A stretch of 64,000 bases of DNA, from IMG/VR virus record IMGVR_UViG_3300026088_000015, positions 1-64,000 of that record. One strand, written 5' to 3'. The DNA comes from a virus (taxonomy: Duplodnaviria > Caudoviricetes). The notes under the pieces were generated by a model. That model ran no database searches. It had not been told where the DNA came from and was given only the letters and a program-made list of their open reading frames with translations. Made by a program: the position numbers and the translations under genes. Positions 35,936 through 44,000 of this stretch are shown here, one piece after another (position 1 is the first letter of the stretch; each line of letters opens with the position of its first letter).

Positions 35936-36147
35936 TTCTCTTTATGTCCAGTTATGCCAAGCCATTTAAATAAGAGTCCAATAAGTACTGCTCCGATAGC
36001 ACCGCCCATCCCTCCTACCAATGCCAATGAGAATGCTTCCATCCATTTGTCCTGAAAGTGATGCCATTGATCTGCTATTGTAATAGCACCTCCTACTACA
36101 GCACCAGGGATGGCTAGTATTCTATTTTTTATTTCAATCAATACCAT
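35932..36147 (-). CDS. holin-like two-TM protein
   Basis: 71 aa, Gly-rich TM helices, basic C-terminus, ATGA overlap with the endolysin. Confidence 0.6.
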   Translation of the reverse strand: MVLIEIKNRILAIPGAVVGGAITIADQWHHFQDKWMEAFSLALVGGMGGAIGAVLIGLLFKWLGITGHKEK

Positions 36148-36211
36148 TTAATTTATCGCTTTTTTTCTGTAACCTTATAAATGATCCTTCAATCAAACTT
36201 GATTTTATGAA

Positions 36212-37504
36212 TCACATAGTCAATAGTTGTGGATATATATATAAATTTACTAATACATCCCGGCCTGTTACAGTTAAGTGTATTTTATCCCCTTGAAAAT
36301 ATGTTGTATTATTAGAGGCGCCATTTATCCCAATATTGATATCGTTAGTAAAGTCAGCAATTGCATCAGAGAATGACAAATGGTTGTTTATAATCAAATT
36401 ATTAAATATCACCCTTTCAGACTCATATGTGGCTGCTGAAACTGTCAAATTCCCCGTTCTAGGTAACAACGTTACGCACATTGTTTTAAATCCGGCATTC
36501 CTTAGCGTCGTGTGATTTGTTACAACTTTTGTATAAAGAGTAGATCCAGTTTCAGTGCCGGTGGCAATATCATTTGTTCCAACAAATATTATTACAATAT
36601 CTTTTATTCTAGATGAGTCTCTTTTTGATAGTACATTATTGGCAATATCAGAAGTATTCAAAGCGACCCCTGATCCTCCGGTAGCAATAATTAAATTATT
36701 CCATGATGAATCTATCAGTTGTCTAAGCCTAACAGGATATCCATTGGTAGTTGGATCGCTGGAGGTATGAGAATCCCCCATTGTTATTACATTTTTAGGG
36801 AAACTAAATTTTGATGGAATTTTATATCTTGAATTAACATATACATTCCACTGGCTAATTTCATTGATATTTAATGCCCTATTGTATATTCTTAATTCAG
36901 CTATATTTGACCCTGATAAAAAAGAGGCTGTTGGGAAATTGGATATTCCATTCAAACTAAACACATCTGTATTTAAGAAACTAGCCGCAGTTCCTACTTG
37001 TGCTGCACAAGTATATCCATTTTCATAAAAAACCGGAGTTCCTGTCGGGGCCCTTACACATACAATATGGGTGTAATCTAAAGAACGTATTCCTGTATAA
37101 TATGAAGCTTGTTTACTATTGCATTCATAAGAAAATGGTTGATTTGTTTTGCCAAAATAATTACTATTCGCTATACCGGTTATAACATTTCCAATATCTA
37201 AAATATTATTATTTTTCCAAACCAAACATATTGTATGTGTATTTCCCAAAGACTGTATAGGTAAATCTAACCTACTACTAGTACCGTTAAATATAACTAC
37301 TGGCTGGGAATTTATAGCATTACTAGAAAAGACAGGCTGATTAGCAGGAGTTGATTGTGACGCCACCAATCCACCTATAGAATCTGTCCATGAGGCCACA
37401 CCGCTCCCATTAAGAACTATACCACTATCGGCCCTAAATAAATAAGTGGTATTACTCGGAGGGATACTTGATTCTGATGATATTAAAGAATGAAAATAAC
37501 TCAT
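36212..37504 (-). CDS. tail-associated protein: ConA/LamG-like lectin domain plus SGNH/GDSL esterase
   Basis: FRADSG...VASWTD...QP...IFNG...IAELRIYNRAL, then MGDSHT, FVGTND, DKIHL (SGNH blocks). Confidence 0.75.
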   Translation of the reverse strand: MSYFHSLISSESSIPPSNTTYLFRADSGIVLNGSGVASWTDSIGGLVASQSTPANQPVFSSNAINSQPVVIFNGTSSRLDLPIQSLGNTHTICLVWKNNNILDIGNVITGIANSNYFGKTNQPFSYECNSKQASYYTGIRSLDYTHIVCVRAPTGTPVFYENGYTCAAQVGTAASFLNTDVFSLNGISNFPTASFLSGSNIAELRIYNRALNINEISQWNVYVNSRYKIPSKFSFPKNVITMGDSHTSSDPTTNGYPVRLRQLIDSSWNNLIIATGGSGVALNTSDIANNVLSKRDSSRIKDIVIIFVGTNDIATGTETGSTLYTKVVTNHTTLRNAGFKTMCVTLLPRTGNLTVSAATYESERVIFNNLIINNHLSFSDAIADFTNDINIGINGASNNTTYFQGDKIHLTVTGRDVLVNLYIYPQLLTM

Positions 37505-37722
37505 TAATATAATAGAAATATTTTATCATCCTCAATCCTAATCGTCATTTCCGTGCCATCAACTATGGGTATCTCAATGCCTCTACTACAAAATACTATA
37601 GATATAAAATCTTTATACTTTTGTTCAACACTATTAAGTTCCATTCGCATTTTTTGTACTTGAATAGAAGTGCTTTCAAGCAATTCTTTTTCTTTTTGCG
37701 ATATTTCAAATCTGTTTTCCAT
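37504..37722 (-). CDS. small coiled-coil protein, possible tail-fibre chaperone
   Basis: Position directly after a fibre gene. Confidence 0.45.
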   Translation of the reverse strand: MENRFEISQKEKELLESTSIQVQKMRMELNSVEQKYKDFISIVFCSRGIEIPIVDGTEMTIRIEDDKIFLLY

Positions 37723-37726
37723 ATAT

Positions 37727-39136
37727 CTATGCTAATAAACCTATTCTTTTTAAAGCAGCAACTATTTGACCTCCCGTATATCCTCCCCATGTAGCAGTAT
37801 CATTTGCTATTCCAGATGTATTTGCCACAAAGGCAGCAGCGGCAATAGCATTAGTTGGCTGCACATCCGGTGCTGTATTCCAAAATCCTATTTTTTGAAG
37901 ATTTGTCAATCCAAGCTTTGATCCTGTTACAGTATTAAAAGCAAAGTTAGCTCCATCCTTAATGGAAAAATTAAGGGATGTAATAGTTATTTGTGGTGAT
38001 CCACCAACAGCCAGAATAAGTGATGATCCATTTACAGTGGTTGCGCCAGCAGATGTTTGTTGAATAGCATATCCATTTGTAGTAGATATCGAAAACTGAG
38101 ACAACATCATATTGCCTGTTGTAGCAGAATATAATCTTGCTTGTCCTAATATATGAGTGGAATCAACGTTTGGATTTGCCGTTATAGTTGTTCCTACCAC
38201 TAATGCTTTAGCTATACCTACACCACCCGTTACTATAACAGCACCAGTTGTTGTTGTTGTTGAGTCTGTAGAATTTGAGAAAGTATTTACTGCGCTAAAT
38301 GATTGTGTTGTTCCCAATCCAGCCAATGTTTCATTAGCCGTATTGGGAAGAGTCCAAGTCGTTGTCTGTGGCACTGATAATGTTGCATTGAAAGCACCGG
38401 TAGTTGTAAGATTCCCTCCCAATGTGATAGTCTTAGAACCATTATTTACTCCAGTTCCACCATTTGTTCCAGTAAGAAGTCCTGTTACGGTAGAGGTTGT
38501 TAGGGCTATAGTAAATCCACTACCAGTAGCACCGCTTGTAAGTGTCCCTACGGTAGTAATACTAGATTGTCCAACATACGATGAGGAAATATCAAAAACA
38601 TTAGCAACGCTTACTGTGACCCTATTGGCAGTTCCTGTTAATGCTACCGCTCCAGTTAAACTATTTACACTACTAACTCCTGTTACAAGAGCAGAAGTAT
38701 TTCCATTCAACTTCTGAATAGCTTGAAGAATATTATCAGTAGCCACCACTGTACCGGCACCAGAAACATAACCTGTAAGAACCTTTCCAATTACCGCTGA
38801 GTTAGTCAATGTCACTGCAAAAGATCCTGTGCCAGATCCTGTAGCTTCACCGGTAAGAGCTATTGTCTGATCACCAGTATTGGTTCCAGATATAGTAGCA
38901 TTACCAGTAGCGGTCACCATAAATGTTGACAATGTCAATGTGCCTGTACCAATAGTCAAGGTATTGCCATTCACTGTTGTCGGAGTGATGGCGCCCAATG
39001 TAAGAGTGATGGCAGGAGTGGTACTAGGATTAGCAACAACTGCGGATATGCCATTAGCGGTAACTACAGAGACTGAGGTTACTGTACCTGATGAACTAGT
39101 ACCTGCTTTAGGGAATTTTAAAGAAAAATCAGTCAT
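37727..39136 (-). CDS. tail fibre protein (Thr/Gly/Ser-rich)
   Basis: GTVTSVSV, VSSVNSLTGAV, GGVGIAK, and C-terminal KIGFWNTAPDVQP motifs. Confidence 0.75.
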   Translation of the reverse strand: MTDFSLKFPKAGTSSSGTVTSVSVVTANGISAVVANPSTTPAITLTLGAITPTTVNGNTLTIGTGTLTLSTFMVTATGNATISGTNTGDQTIALTGEATGSGTGSFAVTLTNSAVIGKVLTGYVSGAGTVVATDNILQAIQKLNGNTSALVTGVSSVNSLTGAVALTGTANRVTVSVANVFDISSSYVGQSSITTVGTLTSGATGSGFTIALTTSTVTGLLTGTNGGTGVNNGSKTITLGGNLTTTGAFNATLSVPQTTTWTLPNTANETLAGLGTTQSFSAVNTFSNSTDSTTTTTGAVIVTGGVGIAKALVVGTTITANPNVDSTHILGQARLYSATTGNMMLSQFSISTTNGYAIQQTSAGATTVNGSSLILAVGGSPQITITSLNFSIKDGANFAFNTVTGSKLGLTNLQKIGFWNTAPDVQPTNAIAAAAFVANTSGIANDTATWGGYTGGQIVAALKRIGLLA

Positions 39137-39609
39137 TATTGTCCAAAGTTTTTACACGCTATGTAATAATTTGCTCCTATTTTTTTTATTGATAGGATAT
39201 ATTTGTCTCCTGACGCACCTATTAGTGATGCAGTATTATCACCTGAAGCAATCCCTTCACTTATACAAAGCGATGTTATTGGAAATGTATATATGGCAGA
39301 TGTCGTATTTAATATTAATTCTATGGTAATATCATCACCAATATAAGATATAGTAAATGTCCTAGTCGGTGATGAACTTGTAAGAGTATGTTTAGTATTA
39401 GTTAAATTTATAGTAGCTGAATCACTTAATGCAATTGCTGTATTGGCAACATCCTTCTTTAATAATAGTTGATCATAAATTAATTTTGCTGAAGGATATT
39501 CTGTGTTACTAGATGCGACATTTATACTAGTTACTTTATTGGCAACATTCTCTGGAGTATATGCGAAAGTACTCCCACTTTTAGGAAACTTTAGAGAGAA
39601 GTCTGTCAT
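39136..39609 (-). CDS. short tail fibre/adaptor sharing N-terminal MTDFSLKFPK with the next gene
   Basis: Identical first 10 aa; YTPENVANK...YPSAKLIYD motif. Confidence 0.65.
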   Translation of the reverse strand: MTDFSLKFPKSGSTFAYTPENVANKVTSINVASSNTEYPSAKLIYDQLLLKKDVANTAIALSDSATINLTNTKHTLTSSSPTRTFTISYIGDDITIELILNTTSAIYTFPITSLCISEGIASGDNTASLIGASGDKYILSIKKIGANYYIACKNFGQ

Positions 39610-39610
39610 A

Positions 39611-40075
39611 TCAATAAACTACATCGAATGTTATCTCTTGCCCACCACCGCTAGCATCATAAACTATCGGCCTGATGCTATTATTAGAGTTCAACGATTC
39701 TACTTCATTAGGCTGCCATGGCTTACCATCGATCGTAGAGGTTACTGTCCCGCTTATGGTGATCATAATGGTTCTATAAAGAGTCCTGCAAGTTCTTACT
39801 ACGTCTCCGGTTACATTGGAAGAAAACCCCTCACCAAGAATAAGAATAGTATCATCCTGGATACCCTCTATTTGCCTTAATTCATTGGTGGTAGTACTAT
39901 AAAGCCAGTCACCTTCTACCATTTCAGTGGTAAAAAGACTGCCCGTACCGGTAACTACCGTATCAATAGAATTAAATGTTCCTGTTAAAAGTCTGCTTGT
40001 AGGAAGGGTTCCCTTATTGGGGAAGCCATCTACCCCGGTTATAAATCGTTCTGGATTACTTCTAGGGATTGGCAT
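39611..40075 (-). CDS. tail/spike-associated protein
   Basis: VVTGTGSLFTTEMVEGDWLY motif. Confidence 0.55.
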   Translation of the reverse strand: MPIPRSNPERFITGVDGFPNKGTLPTSRLLTGTFNSIDTVVTGTGSLFTTEMVEGDWLYSTTTNELRQIEGIQDDTILILGEGFSSNVTGDVVRTCRTLYRTIMITISGTVTSTIDGKPWQPNEVESLNSNNSIRPIVYDASGGGQEITFDVVY

Positions 40076-40091
40076 AGTGAGGTCTTTTCCC

Positions 40092-40101
40092 TAAAAATAC
40101 G
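40092..40101 (-). promoter_or_regulatory. candidate late-promoter core CGTATTTTTA, copy A
   Basis: Lies 16 nt upstream of the ATG at 40075. The same 10-mer occurs at 61788 and 62209. Confidence 0.5.
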
Positions 40102-40214
40102 TAAGGATGCCTCTTAATTGGATATTATAGGCATCTACGATAGTATTTGTAAAAATATTTGCATAGGTCAAAACATTTAACTATGTTTCAACGTTCAAAC
40201 TAAAAACTATCTAT

Positions 40215-40664
40215 ATGAAAAAGCTATTATTAATTATTTTAATGTTTGTCTCTGCTGTTTGTATTGCACAGACTGAGAAGCAAATTAGAGCAATATTCCC
40301 ACGCATTGACTTTGCTCATTTTAATCGATCAGATATCGAATTAAACAAGAGTGGTAAATCAACTATCCTTGCTGGAGTATCAGGAGACAGTGTATTCCTA
40401 TGTTATATTACTAATAGAAAAGTAGAGTCCATTGATATTTATGCACGATACAGATATAATGACCAAGAACATGGCACGTTTTATTATATCGAAAATATTC
40501 AAGCTGCCTGGATACCTATCAGCAAAAAAACTATTATTGCTAAATGTTATATAGGCAATATAAAAGATATTGAATTATCAATAAAAGGGTACAAATACGA
40601 AATCCTTCTTACAGAACATGCCCATAAGAAGGAGTATACGCTTTATGAAATAATTATTTACTAA
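40215..40664 (+). CDS. secreted protein inserted antisense in the structural arm (moron-like)
   Basis: Signal peptide MKKLLLIILMFVSAVCIAQ; opposite strand to its neighbours. Confidence 0.7.
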   Translation: MKKLLLIILMFVSAVCIAQTEKQIRAIFPRIDFAHFNRSDIELNKSGKSTILAGVSGDSVFLCYITNRKVESIDIYARYRYNDQEHGTFYYIENIQAAWIPISKKTIIAKCYIGNIKDIELSIKGYKYEILLTEHAHKKEYTLYEIIIY

Positions 40665-40990
40665 GACTTGAACTTAGGATTAAGCATTTTAGCTTTATAC
40701 TTAATCGTCTTTTTCTTCTCTTTAGGTGTAAGGGTACTCTTTTGGGTACCCTTATATTGACCTGCATCATTTAATGTGCCTAATCCCTTTTTAAGAGCCA
40801 GCGGAACATTATTGTTTCTCATGACAGTTTCGTTGACTGCTTTTTTAACACGAGGATCAGCATTCATTCTTTTTGCTACATCCTTACGATCTTGAGCATT
40901 ATCCTTAGCTCTATCGGTATAAGGCTTAGCGGCTAATTTTGCTTGTTTTCTTTTACCCGGGCCAGGGCCTTTTGCTATTTTGTAGTCCAT
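40661..40990 (-). CDS. small basic protein
   Basis: K/R/A-rich; follows the large ejection-type protein. Confidence 0.6.
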   Translation of the reverse strand: MDYKIAKGPGPGKRKQAKLAAKPYTDRAKDNAQDRKDVAKRMNADPRVKKAVNETVMRNNNVPLALKKGLGTLNDAGQYKGTQKSTLTPKEKKKTIKYKAKMLNPKFKS

Positions 40991-41002
40991 AGTAGTTTGA
41001 AT

Positions 41003-44000
41003 TTAATGTTTCTTTTTTTTCTTTTTAATGCCAAATATTTCTTGTTTTGCTTCTATAGTTGCTTCTCTTTTGTAAGAGTCAATTTCATCCTTCACATCCC
41101 CAGGAGTCATTTTATCTAATTTCCCCATGTTAGCAATTATTCTTTTTTTAATAAATGCTCCACGAGCCTTACTATATTCATAATACTCTCTGTCGCTTAC
41201 TTCTCCTTCCCATCCTGTATCATTTAAACTAGATTGCAATTGATTCTTACTGACTTTACCTATCCATGCTTTATTATTTATAATAACATCCCATGCTGCT
41301 GCAGTCTGCGCATCATCAATTTTATTGTAAGATACAAATTTATCCGTATCCGGCACAATAGGGTCACCCAAGGCATTTACCATATCATACATTCCGGAGT
41401 CCAGCCCAGGTATATCACGGTAAAAGTTGTGCCAGAAGGAAGATGTTTGCTTCATAGGAGTGTCCGTTGTGGCCATGATATCCTTGGCAATCTGAGTATA
41501 AGCATTAGGAACTACATATCCTTTTGCTGCACTGGCCAATACCTTTTTAAGAGTGTTTACACTAGCCGTAGGAGTATCTTCAGAGAAGGCAGACATAAAC
41601 TCACTCATACCCTTTAAGAAGGTCATATCAGTTATAAACTGCATTCCCTTCCATGTATTTATGAATAATGTTTCTGCTATGGTTTTATCGTCCAACGATT
41701 CCGATTTATACTTTTCATTGTCGCGCAAGTTGCCAATAATAGCGAAAGGAATAGCGAAAGGAGTATTTAGATATGAATACCATTTGTCCCCTATTTTGAT
41801 TGAATATTTTTGCCATCCTTTTTGGGCTAATTCATAGTTCTTTTTAACATCTCCAGTCCCATCAGCGGTAATCCTAATAAGCCCGTCATCATCATCTGAC
41901 ATAGCATAAGCAGCCATCATGGCAAGCACTCCAGCAGTTGCTTTTATGGTAGCCTTCTTCTTTTCATCGGCAGAATATTGCCGTTTATACTTTTCAGTTG
42001 CAAGAGATCCTGTTCCAAATATGGCCCTTTTATACCCCCATGGGGTCCATTCTACATATCGATTGGCCACATTGGAGACAATTCTTGTAAAAGGAACTAC
42101 ATATTTCAAAGGTTTTATGCCTTTAAATCCTACCTTTTCTACTACACCAGCAACAGCATCGGTGATCATCCCTAATGTTCCATCAGCGGGGCCATTGAAT
42201 GTACTGCGCAATGCAAAATCTGCACTATCTTCGATTATCTCTTGACTTCTATTTTGTTCAAGAATCTCAACTACTCTTCTTTTTAAATCCAGGCCACTTA
42301 ATCCTTCTTCTTTAGCCTGTGCTTCAGCAGCTACTTTCTTTTCTTTGGTATTATTAAGCGTTTCAGATACAGCCTCCCATATTTTAGTATCCGGAAATTC
42401 CTTTTTCTGAACTCGCGCCATATCAGCAGCCATCTCTGAAGCCCTCATTTCTCTCAATCCAGAATAAGCAACTGCATCAGCAGCGCTCATCAGTCTTGAT
42501 ACATACTTCCATGCAGTGAAAGGATGTTTTATTTTTATATCCGTGAATGGTATTCTTAATTTTGGAGCCACTTCTAAGGCGTTAGGACCTTCTACCTTCT
42601 CGTTTTTAACAGGAGAATATCCAGTAGCTAGCGTCGCTCTTGCCTCTAGTAGTCCTTTTCTATATCCACTTAATAACCCTCCTACTAATATTCCTGTATT
42701 TTTCGGCTGCTTAGCCATAGACACAGTTAGCTCTCCCACCGTCTCCACAGCGTTGGCAAAAGAGTTTGTTACATGAGTTTTATATCCAGAAAGAACATTC
42801 GCATACCACACGGAAGTAGCTATATCGGTCCAGTTCACACCCTTAAGGGTGGTTTGAAATTTATACAAATCCTGAATAGCTCTTGACTTCTGAAATCCTT
42901 CTGGAGTAGTTTGTACCCTATTGGCCAGTTCGCGTAGTTTTGTAGTCTGTTCTTCGGTTAATTCTTTAGCAGAAAATTCATCTGCATAAATTTCAGATAG
43001 CGCCTTTTCATCTACCGATCCAACATTGCTAAGTTCTATTACTTTTTCGTAAGCTTGCTTAAGCTTTTTAGGATAAACCTTGTCTTGAAATTTAGTTTTT
43101 GCCTTCAGGATAGATAGTTTTTTTTCATTTGACAACCTATCAAAAGTATCTTCCACTAGTTTTGCTAATTGAGCCGCATCTGATTCAGAGATATCAAGAT
43201 CATCAATTAATTTATCTACTAAATCAGATTTTTTCTTTTGTACTTCGGAGTAATGCTGAGTGACTATTTTATCAAAAGTCTCATCAATATTTTCCTTAAC
43301 TACTCTCTCTGTCTTATTTTTTATCTTATCAGACTTAGCCAAAGAAGATAATTTCTGTCCCTCATGAGAAGCGTTCCATATATCATCAATATAAGGCTCC
43401 GAATCATCTCCAAGTTCAGCACGCATCTTTCTTGACCACGACTTAAAATCATAGTAACCTTCTTTGATAAGGTAGTATCCATACTTAGCTCCTTCAGCCA
43501 ATATTTTAGCTGTCAACTGAGGATCGATACCAGAACTAGCCCTAGAATTTAATTCCTTGAAGAGATTAGAAAGATTATCCTTAATCTCCTTTTTGGCCTT
43601 ATTTATCTTCTGTCTTTCAGTTTGCTCTTTTTCTTCAGTACCTTTTTCTTTCTTAGGTTTTCTTTCTTTTATTTGATCGAGTTTACCTTGGATTCTTTTA
43701 TCTTTTCTGGTTTGCCCGGCAATATTTTTGTTGGTGTCGTTGAGCTCACTAGCAAGGGTTGCAAAGCGACCCTTGTTCTTTTCTTTGTATTCATCTCTTA
43801 ATTTATTAATAGCACTGTTACTGGCAATGACATGCACCTCCGGAGAAGCATCTTTCATTAATTTATAAGCGTTTGCCGCTCTACCAGTTTCAGTAGCCTG
43901 TTCTTTTACTGCTTGGTCAATAATTTGACTTTGTATCTGAGCATATTCATTGGCCACAACTTTATTTCCAGCTTTGATAGCTTCATTGTATTTTTTTGCA

